NCBI GenBank assembly: GCA_003971905.1
Contig: RSEE01000041.1
Coordinates: forward strand, 124,001 to 188,000
DNA length: 64,000 nucleotides
Reading direction: 5' to 3'
Source: Moniliella sp. 'wahieum'
Lineage: Eukaryota
Shown here: in pieces, positions 25,356 to 37,519 of the stretch
Layout: every line of letters begins with the position of its first letter
Numbering within the stretch: the stretch's first letter is position 1
Position numbers and translations under genes: made by a program
Notes under the pieces: model-generated
Database searches by the model: none
Told to the model about the DNA's origin: nothing
Seen by the model: only the letters and a program-made list of their open reading frames with translations

Positions 25356-26156
25356 GTCCCCTTGGCGGCAAAGGGAGAGGGCTCACGCTCACCGACCCTT
25401 TACTCAAAAGCTACACTGCACGATCCATCTTTTTGGCAATTGCATTCGACTATGCTCAGCAAACCCATGTTCCCCCGCAATATTCGACTTGCCCAACAAC
25501 AGGATCAATGAAGGAGATACACAGGCCAGTATAGTCAGTCCATTTGCGGAACTTCAACGTACACAACGTATTTGCTAAACCCCCACGCCTCACCTCTCTC
25601 TGATGTTCTTTTCGCACTTGGATCAAAAGCCGACCCTTGCCTTGAATTAATCACCCCTGGGCAGTCAGTTGTGTTGGATGGCGTATGGCGCGAGATGAAT
25701 AAATACAGTCCGCATAGGATCGTTGCATGGGGCGCGCAGCGTGGCCTTTTTGTCCTTTCCTCTACGATCGACTCGGTCTCTCGCTTACTGCTCTGCTCTT
25801 CGATCCACTCGTAACTCGTTCCCGCTCACCATTGCGACGGGCGCCACTCGGACCTAGTCCGATCAAAGGAGTGGTGAAACGATACCCGTTGAAGAGAAGG
25901 GCGACGCGCGACGCGTCCAACGCGACGCCTCGACCCCCCACTCGACCGGTGACCGGTGTCCCTCGCAGGCAGCCAATCCTGGTGGCTCCATTGAAATGTT
26001 CATGCGTCGCGTCGCGCAGCTAGGGTTGGGGCGCTTGGACGCGTCTGAGCCGCGGGGGCACCATTCCCTCCATCCGAGTGCTTGCCACCAGATTCGATTC
26101 CACGCCATCCCAGCGCCCCATCCGGCTGCTGTCCTACACCTCCCCTCTCCCTCTCC

Positions 26157-29100
26157 ATGGCGCCCTCGGCTACCTCCATGCATTCTGGCCAGGTCGACGC
26201 GGTGCAGAGCGCCAAGCGCCGTCGTTTGCAGCGCCCAGCGCCTCCCAAAACCCATCATTTGCTGACCACCTCGTCGCGCTCGACACTGGCGGTGCGTTTT
26301 CCTTCCCCGGGTTGCGGTCCAATCGGTGCTTGTGCTGTTCTGACCCATCGCTCGCAGCCCAGACCTGGTCTCGCCCTGAGTTATCCAATTTTGACCCCGA
26401 CACAACTGCCCTAAGTACGTCGCCGACCTCCTATGTGAGCCGAGCTGATCCCTCCTCCCCCCCTGCCTCTCCACAGTCTTCCAACAGATCGACATTGAGG
26501 AGTACACTCAGCCCTCGTCCCCACCCAGCATCCGCATATACGGTGTAACCCAAGAGGGGCACTCGGTTCTCGTCCATGTCCACGGCTTCCTCCCCTACTT
26601 TTACGTCCATGCCCCGCGTGGGTTCCGGCAGGAGACCTGTGCTGCCTTCCGCAACCAACTCAATGTATGTCCCCTTCTTCCCTACATACCCCTTTGCATT
26701 GTGCGCACTGGCTAACTTCGTTCCCAGACTACCCTCGGCTTCGCTGGCGTGGTCTCGGTCGAGCTAACGTCGAAACGGTCATTGATGGGCTACCTCGGTT
26801 CGGAGCAAGTAGCCTTTCTCAAACTCACCATGGCCGACACGCGCTGCTTGCCCAAATTACGGAGCCACTTTGAGCGCGGCGAGGTTGCTTTCCGTGACCT
26901 CTTTTCCGCCGGGGATGAGGTGCTAACGTACGAGAATATTGCCTATCCACTGCGCTTCATGATCGACTGCCACATTGTTGGGATGAATTGGCTCGAGATC
27001 CTGCGGGCCGGTACACACTTCTCCCCGATCAAGAAAAGGCGTCGACTGTGCAGATCGAAGTTAGCTGTACTTTTGATGGTTATCTCGCATGCACCTGAAG
27101 GCGAGTGGTCTAAGATTGCGCCCTTGCGGATTATGAGCTTTGATATCGAGTGTGCCGGGCGCAAGGGAATTTTCCCCCAAGCTGAGTTGGACCCGGTAAT
27201 CCAGATTGCGGCAATGGTCACTCGCCAGGGAGAGCCGACACCGTTTGTCAAGAATATTTTCACGCTCAATGAGACGGCCAACATTGTTGGCTCGGATGTG
27301 CGCAGCTTTGATTCGGAGAAGGTCATGCTGGAGGAGTGGGCACACTTTGTGCAAGAGGTGGACCCTGACATGGTCATTGGCTACAACACGTCTAACTTTG
27401 ATTTCCCTTACCTTGTCGATCGGGCCAAAGCTATCAAGGCGACCCACTTCCCTTACCTTGGTAGGGAAAGGAACACTCGCACCGAGGTCAAAACCACCCA
27501 CTTTTCCTCCAAGGCTTATGGCACGAGGGACAACAAGCTGACTGAGCTCAAGGTCGCCTGCAATTGGATATGCTGCAGGTCATGCAACGGGACTACAAGT
27601 TGCGTTCCTACACCCTCAATTCAGTCTCCTTTGAATTTCTCAGTGAGCAAAAAGAAGATGTGCACCATTCGCTCATTACGGAACTTCAAAATGGAGGACC
27701 AGAAAGCCGTCGGCGCTTGGCCATTTACTGTTTGAAAGATGCGTATCTTCCCCAGAGGCTGATGGACAAGCTCATGTGCTTCATCAACTACATTGAGATG
27801 GCCCGTGTGACCGGTGTGTGCCGTTTAATTACCTTCTTTCTCGCGGGCAGCAGATCAAGGTTATCAGCCAGCTCTACCGCAAGGCGAATGCCTCAGGCTA
27901 CATCGTGCCCAGTCTCAAGTCAGCATCAAGCGATGAGCAGTATGAGGGCGCAACGGTGCTCGAACCCAAGCAGGGCTACTATGACCGCCCTATTGCAACA
28001 CTTGATTTTGCCTCGCTGTATCCTTCTATCATGATGGCACACAATCTGTGTTATACGACTCTCCTAACCAAGTCGACGATTGAGCGGCTGCACCTCCAAG
28101 AGGGGAAGGATTATGTTGTGACACCCAACAAGAACTGTTTTGCTACTTCGAGTCTCCGCAAGGGTCTCCTCCCGACGATTTTAGAGGACCTGCTTTCAGC
28201 CCGTAAGCGGGCCAAGGCCGACCTGAAAAAGGAGACGGACCCGTTCAAGCGGGCTGTGCTGGACGGACGACAACTGGCACTCAAAGTTTCGGCCAACTCC
28301 GTATATGGCTTTACCGGGGCGACGGTGGGCAAGCTACCGTGTCTGGAGATCTCCATGTCGGTTACCGCGTATGGACGACAAATGATTGATGCGACCAAAA
28401 AGGAGGTGGAGCAGCACTACACCATTGCTAATGGCTACGAACACGATGCCGAGGTTATATATGGCGATACCGACTCGGTCATGGTGAAGTTTGGTGTGCC
28501 AGACCTTGAAACGGCGATGCGGCTGGGGGCTGAGGCGGCAGAGCGGGTGAGTCAAACGTTCATCAACCCGATTAAGCTGGAGTTCGAGAAGGTCTACTTC
28601 CCCTACCTTTTAATCAACAAGAAGCGTTATGCGGGGCTCTACTGGACTCGCACTGATAGTACGACAAGATGGACACCAAAGGTATCGAAACGGTCCGCCG
28701 AGACAACTGTCGTTTGGTCCAGATTGTCATTGAAACTTGTCTGCGGAAGATGTTGATTGACCGGGACGTGGCAGCAGCCGAGGCCTATGTTAAACAGGTC
28801 ATTTCCGACCTGCTGCAAAACAAAATTGACCTCTCTCTGTTGATCATCTCCAAAGCATTGGCCAAAGCCGACTATGCTGCCAAGCAGGCCCATGTTGAGC
28901 TGGCTGAGCGGATGCGCAAGCGCGACCCGGGTTCTGCGCCCTCCTTGGGCGACCGTGTACCCTACGTGATCGTTAAGGGTGCAAAAGGTAGTATCCCCAC
29001 TTCACCTCCATTGGCCTCTCCTAACATACCTTCCTCAGGCGCGGCTGCGTACGAAAAATCGGAAGACCCGCTGTACGTCCTAGAGCACAGCATCCCCATC

Positions 29101-29621
29101 GACACACGCTACTACCTCGACAACCAGTTATCCAAGCCCCTGATGCGGATTTTCGAGCCGATCATGGGTAGTCGCTCGGGCTCCCTCTTGAGTGGGCACC
29201 ACACCCGAAACGTGCAACAAGTCACATCGAGTGTCGGAGCACTGATGAAGTTCGCCGTCAAGACGCGCAGTGTCTAGGCTGCCGCACGGCGCTGCCCAAA
29301 TCGGCAGGACAGTTTCCTGTCTGTCAAAACTGTCTTCCGCGGATCGATGAGATTTATGCGGAGCGATTGGATAAGCAAGCTCTGCTGGAAGTGGAGTTCG
29401 CTCGGCTGTGGACTTGCTGTCAACGCTGCCAGGGATCCGTGACCCAAGACGTGATTTGTACCAACAATGACTGCCCGATCTTCTTCAAGCGGTACGCCTC
29501 TCCCTCTCCGTGTTGCGCTCGAGCTTGGAACTAACCCCCCCCCCCCCTTAGGAAACGCGCTCAGAAGGACTGCGAGGAGGCGGCAAGCGTGATGAACCGG
29601 TTCGACCAGCATGCATGGTAA
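26157..29621 (+). CDS. POL3: DNA polymerase delta catalytic subunit
   Basis: Exonuclease motif [19 protein letters not shown], PolB motifs [36 protein letters not shown] and [11 protein letters not shown], plus C-terminal Cys motifs ([23 protein letters not shown]). Stop at 29619-29621. Confidence 0.97.
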
Positions 29622-29937
29622 AGCCAGTAAGGCCCCATCATCGATATCATCCCGACTGGCTTGTGATGGATGCGGTGAGCCCGCATTTTGTCTGCCACCC
29701 CCTGGGTCGCAAGTAAGAAGGGCTATTATCTCTTCCCCAACTACCATTGGCCCGTGCTTTGAAGCTGTACAGTCTGCTCGTGAAGCTATACAATCCTTTT
29801 AGTGTGAATATATAAGGAGCTTGTCCGGTAGTATTCACGAGCGTCGTGACGCGTGACGGGTGACGGGTGGTTGGGTGACGCGGGCTGCGTGCATTGCACG
29901 CGTTACGATAAGCTCCATGCCTTAACGTCAATCACAA

Positions 29938-30030
29938 GCTTCAATGGGTTAGTGGTACTACATCGTTGCCAGACAGCCCTAGTGCCTGTGAGACGTCGAT
30001 GTGACAGGGGTTCGATTCCTCTTTGAAGCA
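29938..30030 (+). tRNA. tRNA-Gly(GCC) with about 24-nt intron (29972-29995)
   Basis: Acceptor GCTTCAA/TTGAAGC, anticodon stem CATCG/CGATG around TT-GCC-A, T arm AGGGGTTCGATTCCTCT and a T6 terminator. The D loop looks short. Confidence 0.88.
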
Positions 30031-31320
30031 TATTTTTTGCAAGGTTCTTCGAAGTTAAGCCGGTACCCGTTTTGCTCACGACTGGAACACTGGCTCGAGC
30101 TTGACGTGCAATGAGGTATTCTTCCTTTGGAAACGAAAGTTGCCCTGGGCTCTCTCCGGTCATGCTCAGTGCCACCCATCATGAAGCTCACGAGTAATAG
30201 GCTGTTACGAGATCTTGGCGCCGGTTGCAGCCCATGTCAGTCATTATGATGACCGTCTGCGCAGCTCAATGCGAAAACTGATTTACTTTGAGACGGTTGC
30301 CTATGAAAACAGGGTGCACTTGACATGTTTTTTTGTCAATCTTCGTTCCTGCACTTCCGATCGCCAAAGCCCGCCGGCCTAGCGTCAGAGACGAGATATC
30401 CGCGGTTACAGTACAGCCACCCGCGCATTGTTGCTATGGTATCGCCCCTCCAACGTGGAAGAACGGTGGAACGGTGTGACTGCGGTGCCAGCGATGGTTG
30501 CCCCCAGCACCAAGCTGCGGAGAAGCCCCAGCTTACCGTGCCGTATTACGCCCGGTGGTCTCCTCGTTTTTTACATTGTCCCAGCCTTGAGCTCTGTCAA
30601 TGATATGGTTGTAGTATAGAAATGTATTCTCCATAGTTGCATGACAACCAAGTCAATGAAGGGGGGCCGTTTGTCCTGACCATCATGCACATCTTGACTG
30701 TTTTAGGTGTTGAACCAAAGAGATGCTCACTACCATCAGGCGGCCAAAGCCGCCAAAACTGTCTGCCACGATAAGGTGTGAGTATGGGTAGCCGCAGCGA
30801 AGTCATAGCTGAAGAGAACCAGCGAGATGAGGCGGAGAGTGGAGGGAGGGAAAGGGAGAAGGAGAAGGAGATATAGTATAGAACGTGTATCATTTGATAT
30901 ACCAATAAATTCTGAGAAAGCACATTTGTAGAGAAACGAGTTGGGAGAGAGAGGAATGAAGAGAGGCATCAAGTATGTGCAGGGAGGAAAAACAGTGAGA
31001 GGGGGCATCTGGTATTCTATACCCTGGGGTATAGACACCTTTTCGATGTATATATTGACTGGGGACAGCGTCAGAGTTACTAGAGGCCTCTATGGCATAG
31101 CGGTCGAGGGAGCACAGGTGAACTAGGTCTGAAGTAGTGCCCAGCCAATGTCCACAGGCCTCTCGACACAACAGAACTCGGATTCCGGTGGCGGAAATGT
31201 ATCCTACGTCAGAGCGTATTATGTCCCTTCTACCGGGTGTTAACAGGCGCACACGGGACCGTGAGGTCCAGTGCTCTCCCCCGCCATCGTCGGCGTGTGG
31301 TTCAAGAATAGAGGTATACC

Positions 31321-32790
31321 TGTAAGAGTCGGGCGATACGAGTAAGACCAAGTACCAAGGGAAGCAAAGAATGCACTGGTAGGAGAGGGAGGAGAACAGG
31401 ATCGGGGAAGAGCGGGGTGAGAAGATTTTCCTGATGATTCATAACTAAGAGGACGGTGACATTATCCTCATCCCTCCATGAGGGAGGAAAAAAGCCAGGC
31501 AGGAAAAAGGGGAAGGAGGGGAACGGGGACAAGGCAGAGACAAAAAGGGAGAAACCAGGAGGCCAGAATCAAGTTGGGGGGGAAGAAGGGGGGGCGTTCG
31601 GGCGGGGGGGGGGGCGAGCCAGGGAGCGGCGCATGTGGAGCAAGCGGGCTGCGGTGATAGGCTTCTCAGGGTAGGCGGAGTGGAAGCGAACCACCGGGGA
31701 CGTGGGGGACAAGCGGCCGGCCGGTAACCATTCCTGCTCCCCTGTGGGCGGTCTCGGTACTAACGGACGAAGAACTGATGCAATTGGCCCCCGCGCCCTG
31801 CTCGGCGGGCGTCAAGAATGGTTTCCACTTCCAGCGCCACCCGAGCGGGGTCCTCAACCGTAGCGGCCTGTTGCGGCGGGGGAGTAATCAAGCGGCCGGG
31901 CACGGCACCCTCTTGGTAAGCCTGCAGGCGGGAGACGTGGAAATCATCGTAGATATGCATAGAAGGGGGGAGGCGCAACTTGTAGGCCGCCGGTCCCACG
32001 GCTCGCTCCACTGGGAAGTGACCCAAAAAGCGGTGGTCCAGCGCACCAGAGGGGCGCGAGCTACCCAAAAACCCGTCTCGGCGCACAAGCACGGCCGTTC
32101 CAGGCTCATAGGTGGGGCCCTCCGAGCGGTGCCGGTCGGCCAGGCATTTGTAACGGGCCTGGCAGCGCGAAGCGATTCGCCCGCAGTCTCCCGCGGGCAT
32201 CTTGGAGGGAGCGAACGAAATCCTCGGCCCGTGGGAAAAGAGCCGACCGCGTGTATCTCCCCCCGCGGCTCCCTGCTGTTATCCAGATAGAAGGGGGAGA
32301 AGCCGGTGCCAGAGTGCGTGCTGGAATTGTAAGCCAATTGAGCCACCGGGAGAAGATGAGACCAATTGTCCTGGTCGTGATAGAGGTAGCAACGCAGGTA
32401 CTGTTCCAGGATCGGTTGACCCGCTCCGTCTGATCGTCGCGCTGGGGATGATAGGCGGAGCTGAGGCTAGGCCGTACGCCCATCTGTTGGCACACGACTG
32501 CTAGAAACGGCTGGTGAAAGTAGGACCGCGATCGCTGACGATGTCGACCCGCAGCCCGTGATAGCTGACGACGAAGCGAATGAATTGGCCCGCCAACAAC
32601 CTCGGCGTCGTCCGACGTATGAAGAGCGAGGACGAACAGGCAGTGTTGGTGAAGCGGTCGACCACCACGAGGATGGCGTCGTAGTCACCTGAGGGCAGCA
32701 CAGCTGGGTGAATGTGGTCCATGGACAGGTGGGACCATGGGGCGGACGGGACCGGGAGGGGCTGCAAAATGGGTACTAACACTCTCAACC
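31321..32790 (-). mobile_element. Degenerate Ty3/Gypsy (chromovirus) fragment: integrase, chromodomain, PPT and start of 3' LTR
   Basis: LQPLPVPSAPWSHLSMD, YDAILVVVDRFT, IVSDRGPTFTSRF, SAYHPQRDDQTERVN, AQLAYNSSTHSGTGFSPFY, GPAAYKLRLPPSMHIYDDFHVSRL and chromo-like VETILDARR. Purine tract GGAGGGATGAGGATAA (31477-31462) is followed directly by TGTCA at 31461. Left boundary uncertain. Confidence 0.9.
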
Positions 32791-33659
32791 ACAGAGAGAG
32801 GACTGGCGACCAGCCCTACAGGAGGGAAGGGTATCCAGGGCATCCCACCTCGAGGATCGCGCCCCATGACGACAGTAGACTGTTATCGCACAAGTTCTAC
32901 AAATTTACAGGAGAAAGGATCCGTGTGGTACCCAGGTTAGGAGTACATCGAATCCAGTGTGGAAGGACGGAAAAGTGAGACCCTCTGCCGTGTAGTATAC
33001 GTGGAAAACACGATGTACCCCGGAGGCACAATACGTGCGACGCGGGCAGCAGAATGTCCTTTGCAACAGTGTAAAAGTATATAGATGTGTCCGATGTAGG
33101 AGAGGTCCACCGCCTTCCACGTGTACTTCCTTCCGCTTGGCCATGCCTGCTTCCCTCTCGGTAGGTTTGATTGCAGCCTCTATATAGATCTACTCACTCA
33201 GGTCCTCTCAGCGCTCAGCCCTCTTTGCTGCATGGAGAGGATGCATTGCTTACTATGTATCAATTGGGTACACGGAGTCTCAGCCTGTCTCAGTACCATG
33301 TGTCAGAACTCAGACGATGAGGAGAGGAAAAGATTCTCGTTAGTTGAATGATTACTGAATCGGGGGGGATGTGGTCAATGTGCTTTTCTGATGCATGATG
33401 TTCGTATGAAGAGCAAGCGCGACGAGCTATACGAAAATTGTGAGGGAGGATCGTGAGGGCAGTAGGATTCGGGCTGTTGACTATAGGGGTCACGCGTGGG
33501 TTTAAAAAACAATGAGGAAGGGGAGGAGGGGTTTCCACTCCCAGTGTACTTACATCCAACAACCAGCGGGTGCAAGAGACTGGCATGGCTACATTGTATA
33601 CATGAAAAAGCAGAGCCCGCGCGGGGGTTACTCTAAAACCGGCATGGGGGCACACCGAA

Positions 33660-36600
33660 CGGGGTTACCGGTTACCGGTTACCGCAGTAAGCTTTTCTCA
33701 TCTACATCAACGGAGACACCGATGTAAATGTAAAAGTTGGTAGTTGCGAAGTGCCAAGGACAACCACACAAGCGCACTCTGAGTAACAGAGAGTATTGAG
33801 TACTGAGTGAGCAGTAGCACAAAGCCCAAAACGGAGAGAGGCGCTGCACGCGGAGAGCGCTGCAATATGTGGCTGAGTACTGAGTGTGATAATACACAGG
33901 AATACTGTGGGGTCACCGGATCATGTATGATGCATGATGCGGGAATGACCAAAAAAGTCAAAAGCTATAGTAGCCTTGCAAATCTATCGGATGCATGCAT
34001 GGCATGGGCCGTATGGCACCGATGCTGGGTTTCGCTAGCTATTCAGATATGAGATACCAACAGACCTTAGGGGGGGCCGGAGGCCTCCCCTGTCACGACG
34101 GCCAATTGTTAGCGATGCTGTGGCGATGGGGGGAAAAAGCGGGATATGGTATTTCAACAGAGAGCTATAAGAAAAGTTATACCTATGGGCCATGATAGGC
34201 TCCGGGACCGGAAGCCAGTGGAAGCTCGTGGAATTAAGGTCCGGGATGCACTGCCCCGATATGACTGTGTGTGTATCGGCCCACGTGTCACTAAAGGCCG
34301 ATGGGCTCTATTAGACCACACTGATGGTGGTCAACGCCTGCTTCTCTCATCTCACGATCATCATCGAGACATTGTTTTTCCACCTCTTTTTCCGCATTCT
34401 TCTATCGATCTCTTTTCTTCACTCGGCTCCACCGGGTGGCTATGAATATTGAATATTGAATACTGAGTTACTGAGAGCAGTGTGGCCTGCACACTATACG
34501 CCTACACTCCCATTCGAATTAACGTCGTCTCTCGTCTCCTGCTTGTCACCCCATCAGGTGGAAGAAGAAGCTTGGAAACTGGGAGCTTTTAGTGTGACAA
34601 GTGAGCATGTGAAAAATCTGAGAGAGGCTTTAAGCTTTATGTAGCCACGGTTCAGTCACGGTGAGCGGCTGTGCTCAGCTATCGTAACATTAACACAACA
34701 TTTATAACGTTTATCCTATTACAATCGCAAATGGCATGTGTGGAAGACGGGCGAATGTGTGGTGATCAATGGAAGTCGATGAACAATGCGATCGGGCTGG
34801 GCGCTGAAGCCAACTACGTGTGCTAGGGCGGAGTAATAAGTTTTGCTCCAGCGAATGTGTGAGCAAGACCACAGTGCGAGAGAACAGAGTGTGTTGGGTG
34901 TGTTGAAAACGGAGTGTGTTGGGTGTGTTAAACTGATTGTACGTATATCGTGGCAGCCAAGTCGTGTTTTGGGGGGAGGGGTCAAACAGTTCGATGCTCG
35001 TGCGATCTGTCCCGTTCTTTTGGCCATCAGTACTCAGTCCCCAGGGAGAAAGTGAAGCTACTGAGTACTGAAGCTTGAAGCTTCAAGCAGGAGGCTAGCT
35101 TGGAAACCGAAACAGTAAAGCCTGTACCCGGTAAAACCGTGGAAACACACCACAAGTATACTATAACCGCGGTTCCCGGTTACTAGGTACCCCTACGGCC
35201 TATATACTACTTGACTAGAAGCTTAAAGCTAAGCATAGCCTTCTTAAGACGCCAGTCACAACATCACTGGGCTCCTCAAGCATCACTTGCACCACTAGTC
35301 ACTAGCAGTAGCCACACTAGTCACTAGGCACTATAGTCACTATAGTCACTGTGGTCACTTCAAGCATTTTAATCGTTAGTACTTGGGGAATTATTAATTG
35401 ATCCTATAACTAGTGACACAGGTGACATGTGACAGTTACTAGTCACTAGTAGTCACTAGTCACTCTAGTCACTAGCTAGTCACTGTGGCTGACTTATATA
35501 CTGGCGTGAAGCGTATAAGCGTAAGTACGTGAGTGCCTGAGAAGCAGATCCGGTCACATGTCACATGTCACATGTCGCATGCTGCATATAAGGTGCATGA
35601 GGCCTGAGGATCTGAGAGATGTCGATGATTGAGGCCATGTCACGTTGCATGTGATAGCGGCGGGGAAGCTACGGCCTGCTACGACAGGGCGCAGCGGCTT
35701 GGGGATATAGAAAAAGCAAGAAAGCGTATATAATTTGCGCACCGTCCATTGTGGTAGTATATATCGATTGCGAATTATCGATTATCGATTATCGCGATTG
35801 CCATCATGCATGCCATCTGTCATTCTATCATGGATCATACCAGTTTCTACTAGCCGATATGTCATGATGCATGATGGGAAGATGTCCCCTGGTGTCCCAA
35901 TTGGTGCCAATGCTTCAATCTCTTATTCAAGTAAATATCTGAAAATGCTCTCCTGCCCCAGCGAGCTGCCTAGTATCCCAATGCATTGCAGTCTCGGTGG
36001 AAGCATATATATGGAGAGTAAGGCACTATAGTAACTGTAGTTCTAAGGTCCACTGAGCGCGGTGAGGCCGGTGAGGCTCTTAGCTTCATCGTTCGGCAGG
36101 CGCCCAACACGCTCGGTCTAATCTGATATCTGAGGAGGGAGAACGAGAGAAGTTTATTGGCGCATCAGCCGTCAACAGCGCGTCAGTACTCAGTGCATCA
36201 GTTGCATTAGCATCCTCTCAGCACCACAAGGTCCTCTGAGTTCTGAGAGGCTCACAGGCATGAGTCCATTTTGGTGGTTGGTGTCACATCGATGCCTTCA
36301 CATGTCAATACCATGTCAACTGTAAGTCAAGCATTCTGGTTCTAGCAGGTCCTATAGCCCCTCTCCGTGCTTCTCACCCTCTCGTAATCGTCAATGATCG
36401 ATTATCTCCCCATGCACCATGGGGGCATCATTCATCTGCGGCTTTGTGGGTCCACATGTGATGAATGTGACATCACATGTGGCCATTTCATCGATTTCAT
36501 CGACCATCATCGTATTTCCCAACCAACACACCCTACCGCACCCTACCGTACCCCTCAGGAGGCTTTTGGTTTTGTTGTGCAACCCGAAAGCCAAAAAGCC

Positions 36601-37000
36601 GGCCTTTGTTGCCACAACCAATACCCAACGGCTGATCGGCGCGGTACGTGCGTTACGCGTTACGCCGGATGTGTTACGTGTTCCTAGTTCCTATTAGTTC
36701 CTAGCTTTACTCCGCAGGTAACCGGTAACCGGTAACCGGACTGAAGAGAAGCTAGAAGGCTTGAAGCTTGAGGCGCTCACCGAGGCTCCAAGGACTAGGA
36801 GGACTGACAGTACTGAGTGACAGTACTGACATGTGACATGTGACTTGTTGTGTGACGCATGTGACGGGTGTGACTAGTGCCATCCTCCCTTCTAGCTTCT
36901 CCAGACATCCCACCACTCTGTCGAGAGAACTGTGCGGTATAATCGTAATCAATAATCGATAATCGATAATCCCATCTCACAGATCTCAGGCCCGCCTTTC
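33660..37000. repeat. Non-coding region dense in chained A...T palindromes with 1-nt spacers
   Basis: Examples: ACCGGT-T-ACCGGT 33667, AATATT-G-AATATT 34445, AGTACT-G-AAGCTT-G-AAGCTT 35064, ACATGT-C x3 35556, ATCGAT-T-ATCGAT 35777, ACCGGT-A-ACCGGT 36721. No convincing ORF. Confidence 0.85.
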
Positions 37001-37519
37001 TGTTTCTGCTGTGCCTCTCCACTTCTTTGTCCCGCAGTAGGGGCTAGTTCGCCGGGGTCTTTGCTCGAGCCCAGTATCCCGCAGAACGGGACTCAATATC
37101 GGACCTGTGCGACTACTGCATCCGGGGTGAAAAAGGCAATCGACTTTTGCCAAGTATTTTGAAGCGACACTGTGCCCCGATCTCTCTCGCACTGGGACCA
37201 TCAATGGTATATCGTAACTCTGCGCTCTTACAGATCCACACACTCTCACAGTAATACTCAGTTCAGACTCAGATTCAAGACCCAACAGAACTCAGACCGC
37301 AGACTGAGACTCAGACCCGCACTTTCTGTGCTTTAGGGGAGCCTCCGGCTAGCTGGTAGTACTCCACTTCTTTCAGTTGGTTCTGTACCATCGCTACTGC
37401 TGTCGCTGTGCTGTACGTCAGTTGGGTCCCTCTCGTCGTGGGTGTTGCCGTATACGCCGTTCCGTGCCTTCGTCGCTCTACGTTTTGATCTGCTCTTCGC
37501 AATATTTCTCCCTTTCATC

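Noticed and set aside
35290..35490. CTAG-T sites as Helitron 3' ends
   Set aside because: I saw no preceding GC-rich hairpins or matching 5' TC ends. They fit the palindrome-chain pattern better.
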